From an uncultured virus (IMG/VR IMGVR_UViG_3300036716_000812) (Duplodnaviria; Heunggongvirae; Uroviricota; Caudoviricetes), in the IMG/VR virus record IMGVR_UViG_3300036716_000812: a stretch of DNA of 20,000 nt; one strand, 5' to 3'. Position numbers and translations under genes: made by a program. Positions 6,730 through 15,970 of this stretch are shown piece by piece (positions within the stretch are counted from its first letter, which is position 1; each line of letters opens with the position of its first letter). The notes under the pieces are model-generated. The model was given only the letters and a program-made list of their open reading frames with translations. It had not been told where the DNA came from and did not search any database.

Positions 6730-6963
6730 TTATAAAATAGGTGTTCCAGCGTTTTTACTGAGTTCAAAGTTCTCAGAAACAATCTCATTTAGATATCTGA
6801 TATGGTTTGCAGGCATGTTGTGCAGTTCAGATATACTGACGCCCCCTCTCATATACCAGGTTAGTTTATACAGTGATTTGTGTAGAGTGTCAAGTGATTT
6901 ATTATAAGACTCTTGTTTCTCTAATATTTCGGCTTCGCCGGCAGTCTTCAGCCAGCGGAGGAA
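6730..6963 (-). CDS. gp51-like baseplate hub assembly/chaperone segment, likely made as a -1 frameshift extension of the gp26-like gene (missing from the ORF track)
   Basis: -1 frame reads FLRWLKTAGEAEILEKQESYNKSLDTLHKSLYKLTWYMRGGVSISELHNMPANHIRYLNEIVSENFELSKNAGTPIL*. WYMRGG resembles gp51-like proteins. No ATG/GTG/TTG between the upstream in-frame TGA and the Met inside WYMRGG. Confidence 0.7.
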   Translation of the reverse strand, partial: FLRWLKTAGEAEILEKQESYNKSLDTLHKSLYKLTWYMRGGVSISELHNMPANHIRYLNEIVSENFELSKNAGTPIL

Positions 6964-6969
6964 AAATTT
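6906..6969 (-). promoter_or_regulatory. Programmed -1 ribosomal frameshift signal (slippery heptamer plus H-type pseudoknot)
   Basis: A AAT TTT in frame (6969-6963), 5-nt spacer, stem 1 CGCTGGC/GCCGGCG (6957-6951/6942-6936), stem 2 AAGACT/AGTCTT (6948-6943/6911-6906). Confidence 0.7.
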
Positions 6970-7802
6970 ACAGGATTCATATCAAACACAACTTCTTCTT
7001 TGTGTTCACATGCCTCACAAGTAAATTCAAATTTCGAAATTTCAGATAAGTTTGGCACAACACTATTAACAGTGTCGTTTACTTTTTTCACAATATTTGC
7101 TGGTACATTGTCCATGAATTCTGTGATAGAGTCTGAATCAATCACAACTGTATCGGGTGTTTCTATTCTGTCAATCGCACTAATTAGTAAATCTACGTTC
7201 TGTTTTGATACTTTTCTGAAACTGATGGCAAATTGTCTTGCCATCTCCAGTTCTTCACGGTCATCCTCTGGATTTTCCTGGGCGGCTGTAATAGATGACA
7301 ATATTCTAGCCTGCTCAACTTCCATCAGTGCTACTCTAGTTAGACTGTCTAATTTCGGTGGAGTTACAAAAATTTTAAGGTCTTCATATTCAATTGGCGG
7401 AATATCACTGATATCTGGAAACTTTTCCAGAATGTGATTTATGTCTATGTTATAATCGGCTTGCTCTTTACAGTTCGAACAACTGTGGGTGTGTTGGATT
7501 TCTTTGCCATATGTTGCGTATTTGATTGCTAAGAAAATTAGTTCCGCATCAACATTACATAAGTTTCTTGGATTTGGTATGGCAGGCACACAACTTTTAA
7601 TAAGATTGATTAAAGCCTCTCCGTTTAATAATTCGTCAGGATTTTGCATTGATATTTCATCAATAGCAGTCATCGGAAGTATAGGCAACTCGTCCAATAC
7701 AGTTTTGTCTATTTCTGGATTAAATCTGCCACCAGTCGGAATTTGTACATATATTCCCGGTTTACGAAAATATTTGGATAATGGGTTCTCATTGGTGTTC
7801 AT
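6948..7802 (-). CDS. Baseplate hub subunit/assembly protein (T4 gp26-like)
   Basis: NPLSKYFRKPGIYVQIPTGG, PMTAIDEI, DAELIFLAIKYATYG, two CxxC motifs (CSNC, CEAC). SD AAGGA; divergent from the tape-measure-like gene. Confidence 0.8.
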   Translation of the reverse strand: MNTNENPLSKYFRKPGIYVQIPTGGRFNPEIDKTVLDELPILPMTAIDEISMQNPDELLNGEALINLIKSCVPAIPNPRNLCNVDAELIFLAIKYATYGKEIQHTHSCSNCKEQADYNIDINHILEKFPDISDIPPIEYEDLKIFVTPPKLDSLTRVALMEVEQARILSSITAAQENPEDDREELEMARQFAISFRKVSKQNVDLLISAIDRIETPDTVVIDSDSITEFMDNVPANIVKKVNDTVNSVVPNLSEISKFEFTCEACEHKEEVVFDMNPVNFSSAG

Positions 7803-7815
7803 TTGTTTGTCCTTT

Positions 7816-7868
7816 GATAAATACAGTATAATAAGGTTAGTAATTAAGTATATACATAATTATTTATC
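7816..7868. promoter_or_regulatory. Pair of face-to-face T4-late-like promoters
   Basis: GATAAATA on + (7816-7823, toward 7915) and GATAAATA on - (7868-7861, toward 7802). Confidence 0.6.
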
Positions 7869-7914
7869 TTCAACAATAACTACGAAGTTTTTATAACTAT
7901 TTTAGAGGGATTTC

Positions 7915-9936
7915 ATGGCAGACGAACAAGATGTTTTTATTTCGGGAATAAGCGGCAGTATCCAGCAATGGAGTACAGAGGCGACAGCAATGAAAATGGA
8001 AGCAATATTAAGTAAGATTTCCGCTTCAAACTCGGCAATGACGCAACTTCTCACTGCGATAAAGAATGGCGAGGGCATGACACAGAAGCAGTTGTCTCAG
8101 GCAGTAAATGCTACAAAAACTCAGACAAAAGCAACAAATAGCGCCTCTAAAAAAGAATCACAAGATACCACAAGAACTCATGGTATATTGAAAGGGCTTT
8201 CTCAAACTTTCAAAGATGGATGGAATGGTTCGACTAGTGGTATTATTGACCAAATGAGAAAGAGTCAGATTGAAGCATCTAGGCTAGAAAGAGACACACA
8301 GGTATTACTAAAGGCGGGCATGTCGAGGGAAGATGCGGCAGCAACAGTAAAAACTGAAGCAAGACAAAAAAGCCAGGCAGACTTTTTCAAAAAAGCGGCG
8401 ATGGGTATTATCGGTTTAATAGCCTCAGCCGAAGAGGCAACTCTGGCTGGATATGAAGAAAGATTTGACATGGCATCAGAAATTAGGCAGAGTGGTTTAA
8501 TGTCAGGACTAGAAAACGCAAACACGGGTTTCATATCTATTGCACAAACAATCAGTGAAACTGGATTTACTTTTGGACAAGCGGCAGAATTCACTAGCAA
8601 ATTTTCAGAAGCAGTCGGAGTTAAAGGTGTAAAGGGTACACTAGATTTTGTTAACCAAATGGCAAGAGGACCAGGTGGCATAATTGAAAAATTCAATTTG
8701 GAATTTGGTCAGGTTGCCCACATCGCTGGAGAATATATCGACTCACTAAGAATAGGTGGACAACTACGAAATAGAGATGAAGCACAAATGAGAATAGGCA
8801 TGGATGGTTTCATGTCTACTGTCACAGCCACCTCAAATGTGTTAAAAGTTTCAATGACTGAAGCGGCAACGATATTAAAGAACAGTTTGTCTGATGAACA
8901 AAGTGGTATGTTAGCAACTCTTCCAAAAGAAATGAGAATGGCCGTCGAAGATACTGCAAGGATGGCAGGCGGAATGGACAATCCAATAATGAAACTGATA
9001 GCCGTAAGATTGTCAGCAGGTGAAGGCAATTTCATGCAAACTCAAGAATTTCAGGAGGCGGCTGGCACAATGGGTGGACAGAAACTGATAGAATTTGCTA
9101 ATGAGGCATCAAAGGTATTAGAAATAGAGGGCCGAGATGCATTTCGAACGTATATAGCAACTGAAGGAGTACAATTCAGTAAAGATTTAATAGCACTCTT
9201 TAGTGACCCAGCGAATAAGGCAGTTGGAATAGCGAGTGGTGATATAGGAATGATTGGTCGAACGGCAGAAGGTTTGCAAAACCTCGAGGCAATAGATGCT
9301 GGTGAAAGAAAAGGTACACTGGAAGATGACATAATGATAGAGAACAGAGACCAAAAACTTCAAGCAGAAATCAGCAAAGAGTTATCAATTAATACCCTAA
9401 TGCCTGGATTTATCGAAAATGTAAAAGATTTAACAAATACAAATAGACGATTTGCGGAACAAGCGGCTAAAACAATCACTGCAAATGCAAATGTTATTGA
9501 TGGAATGAACAATGCGGCAACACAGACTAAACAGACAGTTGTTGGCCTTGGAACAATTGCCATGAAGATTTTGAATATTCCTTCCATGCTTGGTGATGGT
9601 ATTGCCAGTATTTTCGGAACTAGCGTATTCAGTAATGATAACAAAAGTGTAATGGACTTCACATCTTTGGATGATGGTGGTGGTCTTCGTACAATAAGTA
9701 ACAACCAAAATAAACAATTTGCGTCTTATTCACAAGATATGATAAAAGAAATTAAAAACAACACAGAAGCCGATATTGAGGAGAGAAGAGCGGCAGCGGC
9801 CCAACTTAAAGCAACCTTGGTGTCACTTCAAATGGCTAATGTAAAAGACCCGAATGCTGAAGATGATATCAGAACAACACAAACAAGATTGATGGCTTCT
9901 CTGAATGCACTTATTAGTGAATTGAAAGGTAATTAA
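7915..9936 (+). CDS. Tape-measure/baseplate hub-like protein (gp29-like)
   Basis: 673 aa, Ala/Gly/Met/Gln-rich and probably helical; adjacent to gp26/gp51-like genes; SD AGAGGGA. The call rests on composition and context. Confidence 0.55.
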   Translation: MADEQDVFISGISGSIQQWSTEATAMKMEAILSKISASNSAMTQLLTAIKNGEGMTQKQLSQAVNATKTQTKATNSASKKESQDTTRTHGILKGLSQTFKDGWNGSTSGIIDQMRKSQIEASRLERDTQVLLKAGMSREDAAATVKTEARQKSQADFFKKAAMGIIGLIASAEEATLAGYEERFDMASEIRQSGLMSGLENANTGFISIAQTISETGFTFGQAAEFTSKFSEAVGVKGVKGTLDFVNQMARGPGGIIEKFNLEFGQVAHIAGEYIDSLRIGGQLRNRDEAQMRIGMDGFMSTVTATSNVLKVSMTEAATILKNSLSDEQSGMLATLPKEMRMAVEDTARMAGGMDNPIMKLIAVRLSAGEGNFMQTQEFQEAAGTMGGQKLIEFANEASKVLEIEGRDAFRTYIATEGVQFSKDLIALFSDPANKAVGIASGDIGMIGRTAEGLQNLEAIDAGERKGTLEDDIMIENRDQKLQAEISKELSINTLMPGFIENVKDLTNTNRRFAEQAAKTITANANVIDGMNNAATQTKQTVVGLGTIAMKILNIPSMLGDGIASIFGTSVFSNDNKSVMDFTSLDDGGGLRTISNNQNKQFASYSQDMIKEIKNNTEADIEERRAAAAQLKATLVSLQMANVKDPNAEDDIRTTQTRLMASLNALISELKGN

Positions 9937-9948
9937 TAGATAAGATGG

Positions 9949-9982
9949 TTGACAATGAACACGGAATATGTTAATATAAATA
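9949..9982 (+). promoter_or_regulatory. Overlapping sigma70-like and T4-late promoters upstream of portal
   Basis: TTGACA (9949-9954), 17 nt, TAATAT (9972-9977) with TGn; TATAAATA at 9975-9982. Confidence 0.65.
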
Positions 9983-10001
9983 AAAGAACTAGGAATAGAT
10001 T

Positions 10002-11693
10002 ATGACTTGGAAAAAGTACTTTAAAACTTACGACGGAATGCCTCGCCGAACAGAGACAGGACCAGCATCGAATAATGCTTCTAGTTCAAAATATAGCAGT
10101 TGGCTACCAGAAGTCTATATGGGACAACCCAATAGAGCCCAAAGATATGGGCAATATGACCAAATGGACATGGATTCAGAGGTTAATGCGGCATTAGATA
10201 CGATTGCTGAGTTTTCTACCTTGTTTAGTGAAACTACTAAACTGCCATTTAACATTCAATACAATGACGACCCATCGTTTACTGAAAACGAAGTTCTTCA
10301 AAAATCACTACGTCAGTGGTGTTCAATGAATAAAATGAACAAACGTATTTTTAGAATTTTTAGAAATACAGTTAAGTATGGTGACCAATTATTCGTAAGA
10401 GACCCAGAAACATACAAACTATATTGGGTAAATCCATCAAAAGTTGAAAAAGTTGTCGTAAATGAAGGCAAAGGTAAAAAGATTGAAGCATATTATATTA
10501 AAGATTTAGACATCAATATGCAAAGTCTTAACATTACAGCAGACACAGTTAAACTATCACAGACGGGCCATCAAAAGATGGGTATTCCTACTTCGACTGC
10601 TGGTATGCAACAAAGTTATTCTTCTGGTTCTCCAGAAGGCTCACGTTTCGCACATGATGTTACTACAACAGCAATTGATGCCAAACATGTTATTCACGTA
10701 TCTCTAAGTGAAGGTATCGACCAATACTGGCCTTTCGGCACAAGTATGCTTGAGCCTGTATTTAAAGTATATAAACAAAAAGAATTACTAGAAGACTCTA
10801 TTATTATCTATCGTGTTCAAAGAGCGCCAGAACGTAGAGTATTTTATATTGACGTTGGTGATATGCCAACTCATAAAGCACGTCAACACTTAGAACGTAT
10901 TAAGAATGAAATTCATCAACGTAGAATCCCATCTAAAACTGGTGGTGGTGCTAACGTTGTTGATAGTGCGTACAATCCACTATCAATTATGGAAGATTAC
11001 TTCTTTGCTCAAACGGCTGAAGGTCGTGGTTCTAAAGTTGAAACACTTCCAGGTGGTGAAAACTTAGGTCAAATTGATGACTTGAAGTTCTTTAATGATA
11101 AACTATTAAGAGGTTTGCGTGTCCCACCAAGTTACTTGGGTGGTATGGATGCAAATGGTTCTGCATTTAACGATGGTAGAACTGGCACAGCAATGATACA
11201 AGAGTTTAGATTTACAAAATACTGTGAAAGACTACAACAACTTATTGTTGAAGAATTAGATAAAGAGTTTAAGATGTTCTTAAAACATCGTGGTGTTTTA
11301 ATTGAAAGCAGTTCTTTCGACTTATCATTTAATGTTGTTCAGAACTTCGGTAAGTATCGTCAAGCAGAAGTAGACCAAGTAGCAATGAATGTGTTTACGA
11401 GTGTCGAAGGCGCAGATTACATCAGTAAGCGTTTTGCAATGAAACGTTTCTTAGGATTATCTGAAGAAGAAATCTTAGAAAACTCAATGTTATGGAAAGA
11501 AGAACGTGATGTTGAAGACCCACTTCAAGGAAGTGAAGATGGTCTTAAAGGTGTTGGAGCATCTCCAGGACCTTCAGGCGGTGACTTTGATGATAGCGAT
11601 TTTGATGCAGGTGACTTAGATGACGAAATTACTGACGATTCAGTAATTTCTGGTGATGAGAATGCCGAACCAGAAACTGACGAGAATGTATAA
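10002..11693 (+). CDS. Portal protein (T4 gp20-like)
   Basis: YRVQRAPERRVFYIDVGDMP, MEDYFF...EGRGSKVETLPGGENLGQIDD, L..GLRVPPS, E.RF.K...RLQ; acidic C-terminal tail. Confidence 0.95.
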   Translation: MTWKKYFKTYDGMPRRTETGPASNNASSSKYSSWLPEVYMGQPNRAQRYGQYDQMDMDSEVNAALDTIAEFSTLFSETTKLPFNIQYNDDPSFTENEVLQKSLRQWCSMNKMNKRIFRIFRNTVKYGDQLFVRDPETYKLYWVNPSKVEKVVVNEGKGKKIEAYYIKDLDINMQSLNITADTVKLSQTGHQKMGIPTSTAGMQQSYSSGSPEGSRFAHDVTTTAIDAKHVIHVSLSEGIDQYWPFGTSMLEPVFKVYKQKELLEDSIIIYRVQRAPERRVFYIDVGDMPTHKARQHLERIKNEIHQRRIPSKTGGGANVVDSAYNPLSIMEDYFFAQTAEGRGSKVETLPGGENLGQIDDLKFFNDKLLRGLRVPPSYLGGMDANGSAFNDGRTGTAMIQEFRFTKYCERLQQLIVEELDKEFKMFLKHRGVLIESSSFDLSFNVVQNFGKYRQAEVDQVAMNVFTSVEGADYISKRFAMKRFLGLSEEEILENSMLWKEERDVEDPLQGSEDGLKGVGASPGPSGGDFDDSDFDAGDLDDEITDDSVISGDENAEPETDENV

Positions 11694-11696
11694 ATA
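11689..11696 (+). promoter_or_regulatory. T4-late promoter TATAAATA
   Basis: Exact T4 late consensus overlapping the portal stop codon. Confidence 0.7.
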
Positions 11697-11701
11697 CTAG
11701 T

Positions 11702-11932
11702 ATGAAATATATTGAAATAAATGAAAACTATTCGCCAGAAGAAGACGAGTTTACTGCTATTGATTTAGAAGACACTCGTAAAATTCGCTTGACCCTTGAG
11801 CATCTTTCTAAACTTAGAAAGATAAGAGAGTACAGGAAGTTTCAGAAAGCGTCTGAGAACGAACAAGTTCAGAAGCAATACGGCGGTTCTTCAGATGAAG
11901 CACCTGCTGGCGGCGGCGCACTCGACTTATAA
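11702..11932 (+). CDS. Small head-module protein, possibly prohead core
   Basis: 76 aa between portal and core genes, DTRKIRLTLEHLSKLRK; own late promoter. Confidence 0.65.
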   Translation: MKYIEINENYSPEEDEFTAIDLEDTRKIRLTLEHLSKLRKIREYRKFQKASENEQVQKQYGGSSDEAPAGGGALDL

Positions 11933-12014
11933 CGTTGTAAATTTCATTATTAAGTATAGTTTTAAATAATATTAAAACTTACTAAATATCTTAAGTTCGG
12001 TGAGAAAACCGAAA

Positions 12015-12038
12015 AAAATGCTCGTTTCCGAGTATTTT
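12015..12038 (+). terminator. Hairpin, possible terminator
   Basis: AAAATGCTCG-TTTC-CGAGTATTTT, preceded by a second hairpin TCGGT-GAGAAA-ACCGA. Confidence 0.4.
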
Positions 12039-12060
12039 CCCAATATCCCGACATAATCCC

Positions 12061-12068
12061 TATAAATA
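12061..12068 (+). promoter_or_regulatory. T4-late promoter TATAAATA
   Basis: Exact consensus upstream of the core/protease/scaffold/capsid operon. Confidence 0.75.
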
Positions 12069-12170
12069 CTTGTGTATGAAACTCACTTTGTGGCAAATTG
12101 GCGCATTGCTTGTTTCTATAACCCTGCCGCAATTGTAGTGGCTATTAAAAGATTATTAAGGAGACTTATA

Positions 12171-12965
12171 ATGTCAAGAAGTACACTAGAACAAGTGCTA
12201 GAATTGTTAATCAACGAAGAGACAGCAAAAGCAGAATCGCTTTTACATGACTTTGTTGTTGAACAAGCACGACAAATCCACGAGGATTCTCTTAACGAAA
12301 GCGACACAGTTGTAGAAGAAGAACTTGAGGAAATTGAAGAATCAGAAGAAATCGAATCTTTAAACGATGATATCGAAGAAGATTCTGATGAAATTGAAAA
12401 TGAAGAAATGTTTGACGATGAAGATATGTCTGACGATGATGCTGAAGAAGACCTAGAAATGGGTGATGAAGAAGCACCTGCTGAAGAGATTGAAGACAGA
12501 GTTGAAGATTTAGAATCAGCGTTATCTGACCTAGAAGCAGAATTTGAAAAAATTATGGCTGGCGAAGACGATGCAGAAGATGATGGCGAAGAAATGGACA
12601 TGGACATGGGTGATATCGATTTAGATATTGAAGAGCCTGAAATGGAAGAATCAGTAGAAGAAGTTATTGAAACTGAAGAAACTGAAGAAGAAGCCGTTGA
12701 AGAAGCCGCATCTGAAGATTTAGACGAAAACGAAGAAGAAGAGAAGTTGGAAGAATATACAATTCCAGCATCTGCTAAAGAAGGCGACAATGGCGAAGGT
12801 TCTTCACCAGTTGCTAAAGATGGCGGCGCAGACGAAAGTGACGCGGCGGCAGTTGGACAAAACGATGGTAACACATCAGGCGGTTCAGCATCAGCAGAAG
12901 ATATGAAAACAGGCAATGTAAACACAGTTGGTAACAAGAAAGCACCAGCACCGAAGAAAGCCTAA
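12171..12965 (+). CDS. Highly acidic prohead core protein (gp67-like), 264 aa; start reassigned from 12072 to 12171
   Basis: SD AAGGAG before ATG 12171 (MSRSTLEQVLELL...). Very Glu/Asp-rich with many L/I-x-E sites; located between portal and protease. Confidence 0.7.
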   Translation: MSRSTLEQVLELLINEETAKAESLLHDFVVEQARQIHEDSLNESDTVVEEELEEIEESEEIESLNDDIEEDSDEIENEEMFDDEDMSDDDAEEDLEMGDEEAPAEEIEDRVEDLESALSDLEAEFEKIMAGEDDAEDDGEEMDMDMGDIDLDIEEPEMEESVEEVIETEETEEEAVEEAASEDLDENEEEEKLEEYTIPASAKEGDNGEGSSPVAKDGGADESDAAAVGQNDGNTSGGSASAEDMKTGNVNTVGNKKAPAPKKA

Positions 12966-12992
12966 GTAATATAACTCTTTTAGGAGAAACCA

Positions 12993-13622
12993 ATGACCGT
13001 TCTTATTGAAAAATATACACATAATCAAGCAAACGTTAAATCAAAAATCGTTGAGAATGAGGCGGGTGAAAAGAATATGTTCATGGAAGGCATTTTTGTC
13101 CAAGGTGACGTTAAGAATGCTAACCAAAGAATGTATCCGGTAAACGAGATAGCCAAAGCAGTGGAATCAGTTCAAAAAAGAATTAAAGAAGGATTTCCAG
13201 TGTTAGGTGAATGCGACCACCCACCAGAATTAACAGTGAATGTTGATAGAGTTTCGCATATAATTGAAAATATGTGGATGGATGGTGCAAACGGCTTTGG
13301 TAAACTTAAAATTGTTCCTACACCAATGGGTAACATTATTAGAACATTAATCGAGTCAGGTGCCACTTTAGGTGTCTCATCTCGTGGTTCTGGTGAAGTT
13401 GACCACGCTGGTAAAGTGAGCAATTATGAAATTATCACTGTCGATATTGTGGCACAGCCAAGTGCCCCGGACGCATATCCAAAAGCAATATACGAAGGAT
13501 TAATGAACATGAACGGCGGATACGAAACATGGAAACTAGCCCAAAGTGTTCAAAACGACAAGTCTGCACAAAAGTACTTGTCAAAAGAAATAGTTAAGTT
13601 CATTAGAGAACTTAAACTTTAA
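12993..13622 (+). CDS. Prohead core protease (T4 gp21-like)
   Basis: MEGIFVQGDVKNANQRMYP, GECDHP, GVSSRGSG, DIVAQPSAPDA; SD AGGAG. Confidence 0.95.
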   Translation: MTVLIEKYTHNQANVKSKIVENEAGEKNMFMEGIFVQGDVKNANQRMYPVNEIAKAVESVQKRIKEGFPVLGECDHPPELTVNVDRVSHIIENMWMDGANGFGKLKIVPTPMGNIIRTLIESGATLGVSSRGSGEVDHAGKVSNYEIITVDIVAQPSAPDAYPKAIYEGLMNMNGGYETWKLAQSVQNDKSAQKYLSKEIVKFIRELKL

Positions 13623-13642
13623 TAGAAGAAGGAGAACCAACA

Positions 13643-14761
13643 ATGGCAACAAATGAAATCCTTGCTGGCCTTCTTGAGTCTGATATTATAGGTGAAGAAG
13701 TTTCAACTCAAATATCAGAGGCTTGGGAAGCACAAATAAATGAAGCAAGAGAGGAGATAACAGCCGAGTTGCGTGAAGAGTTCGCACAGAAGTTTGAACA
13801 TGACAAATCAGTGATTGTAGAAGCCATGGATAACATGCTTTCATCAGCAATCAAAACTGAAATGGATGAGTTCAAAACTGACCGTGAAGCCCTAATCGCA
13901 GAACGTGTTGCATATAAGAAAGCAATTTCTGAACATGCATCGCTCCTTGAAAAATTCATTACTTCTCAATTAGCAAATGAAGTTAAAGAACTTAGAGCCG
14001 ACCGCACGAAAGTTAACGAACATTTAGATAGAACTAAAGAATTCGTTGTTAAACAACTTTCACGTGAATTGGCAGAGTTCCACGATGATAAGCGTGATTT
14101 AGTAGAAACTAAAGTACGCATGGTAGCAGAAGGTAAAGAAATTCTTACTAAAACTAAGGATTCATTTATCAAACGTTCAGCAGAACTAGTCGAAAAGACT
14201 ATTGAAACTGCTTTACGTTCTGAATTGGCTGTTCTTAAAGAGGACATCCAAGCGGCTAAAGAAAACGAGTTTGGCCGTAAAATTTTTGAAACATTCGCAG
14301 GCGAATTCATGACCTCACAACTAAGTGAAGGTACTGAAGTTGCTAAGATTACTAAAAAATTAGAAGAATCTGCAACTGAGATTGCTAAATTAGAAGCAAC
14401 AATTACTGAAAAAGAAGAAGCCATTTCAAGCGTTTCAACTGCAAAGAAAGTGCTAGAAGACAGAATGGACCGAAACAAGGTCATGGAAAGTCTTTTATCG
14501 CCTCTAGGCAAAGATAAGCGTACAGTTATGGTTGATTTACTTGAAACAGTAAAAACAACTAATTTAAAATCTGCATTTAAGAAATATTTACCTGCAGTTT
14601 TGAATGAGAACGTCTCAACAGAGGCAAAACAATCGTTAAATGAAGGCAAAGTAACAGAACACACTGGTGATAGAGTTGAAGAAGTAGTAACTTCAGAAGC
14701 AACATCACAAGGTAGCGATGCCAATATAATCCAGTTAAAGAAATTGGCTGGACTTAAATAA
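13643..14761 (+). CDS. Prohead scaffolding protein (T4 gp22-like)
   Basis: Coiled-coil Glu/Lys/Ala-rich protein with GRKIFETF, located between protease and capsid; SD AAGGAG. Confidence 0.85.
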   Translation: MATNEILAGLLESDIIGEEVSTQISEAWEAQINEAREEITAELREEFAQKFEHDKSVIVEAMDNMLSSAIKTEMDEFKTDREALIAERVAYKKAISEHASLLEKFITSQLANEVKELRADRTKVNEHLDRTKEFVVKQLSRELAEFHDDKRDLVETKVRMVAEGKEILTKTKDSFIKRSAELVEKTIETALRSELAVLKEDIQAAKENEFGRKIFETFAGEFMTSQLSEGTEVAKITKKLEESATEIAKLEATITEKEEAISSVSTAKKVLEDRMDRNKVMESLLSPLGKDKRTVMVDLLETVKTTNLKSAFKKYLPAVLNENVSTEAKQSLNEGKVTEHTGDRVEEVVTSEATSQGSDANIIQLKKLAGLK

Positions 14762-14783
14762 TAACCAGAAACAGGAGAGAAAG

Positions 14784-15944
14784 ATGGAAAATCTTTTCGA
14801 AGGAAATAATTGGGACACTACACGTGAAACACTTTTAGATGGTCTAGAAGGTAACAAGCGTGATGTAATGTCTTCAGTTTTAGAAAACACAAAACAAGCA
14901 CTTACAGAAAGTGCGGCAGCGGGTGCAACACAGGCTGGTAATATTGCTACTTTAAACAAAGTTATTTTACCAATCATTAGACGTGTTATGCCAACTGTTA
15001 TTGCAAACGAAATCATCGGCGTACAGCCAATGACTGGTCCAGTTGGACAAATTCACTCACTAAGAGTACGTTATGCAGAATCAGCCGGTGGCGCAACAGC
15101 AGGTGCTGAAGCACTTTCACCATTTGATATTGCTAACAACTACTCAGGCGACGGTTCAGCGGCTCCGGCAGCAACTTCAAGCCTTGAAGGTGAAGCAGGT
15201 AACAAAATGTCAATTCAAGTTCTTAAGCAAACAGTTGAAGCGAAAACTCGTAAACTATCTGCACGTTGGACTTTTGAAGCGGCACAAGATGCCAATTCAA
15301 TGCACGGCTTAGACGTTGAAGCAGAAATCATGGCAGCACTTGCTATGGAAATCACTGCTGAAATCGACCAAGAAATTTTAGGTTCACTAAAATCATTGGC
15401 TACATCAGCGGCTACAGACTTCGACCAAACTGCTATTGCAGGTCGTCATACTACAACTTTTGTTGGTGACGAACATGCGGCACTTGCAACATTAATGAAC
15501 AGAGAAGCAAACCTAATTGCACAACGTACTCGTAGAGGCGCGGCAAACTGGGCAGTAGTTTCTCCAACAGCATTAACATTGCTACAGTCTGCAACTACAT
15601 CAGCATTTGCTAGAACTACTGAAGGTACTTTTGAAGCACCAACAAACACTAAGTTTGTAGGTACTTTGAACGGCTCAATGCGTATCTATGTAAACACATA
15701 CGCTACAGACGACACAGTTCTTTTAGGTTATAAAGGTCAAGGCGAAATTGACGCGGCTGCGTTCTATTGCCCATACGTTCCATTAATGTCATCAGGCGTT
15801 GTGGTTGACCCAAGTTCATTCGAACCAGTAGTATCATTCATGACTCGTTACGGGTATGTTGAATTGAACAACACTGCATCATCACTTGGTAATGCGGCTG
15901 ACTACGTTTCAAAAATTGCAATGAGCAACGTTTCATTCACATAA
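14784..15944 (+). CDS. Major capsid protein (T4 gp23-like)
   Basis: IIRRVMPTVIANEIIGVQPMTGPVGQI, VEAKTRKLSARWTFEAAQD, EITAEIDQEI, AFYCPYVPL, FMTRYG; candidate gp21 cleavage site ALTE/S. Confidence 0.97.
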   Translation: MENLFEGNNWDTTRETLLDGLEGNKRDVMSSVLENTKQALTESAAAGATQAGNIATLNKVILPIIRRVMPTVIANEIIGVQPMTGPVGQIHSLRVRYAESAGGATAGAEALSPFDIANNYSGDGSAAPAATSSLEGEAGNKMSIQVLKQTVEAKTRKLSARWTFEAAQDANSMHGLDVEAEIMAALAMEITAEIDQEILGSLKSLATSAATDFDQTAIAGRHTTTFVGDEHAALATLMNREANLIAQRTRRGAANWAVVSPTALTLLQSATTSAFARTTEGTFEAPTNTKFVGTLNGSMRIYVNTYATDDTVLLGYKGQGEIDAAAFYCPYVPLMSSGVVVDPSSFEPVVSFMTRYGYVELNNTASSLGNAADYVSKIAMSNVSFT

Positions 15945-15970
15945 TATTTTATATATTATATATTGAATAT

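Noticed and set aside
6453..6907. Plus-strand ORFs 6453-6713 and 6695-6907
   Set aside because: Antisense to the promoter/ncRNA and to the gp51-like frame, with no SD and low-complexity composition.
12072..12170. N-terminal extension of the acidic core protein in the ORF track
   Set aside because: The GTG lies 3 nt after the late promoter, the added residues are compositionally unlike the rest, and ATG 12171 has a strong SD.
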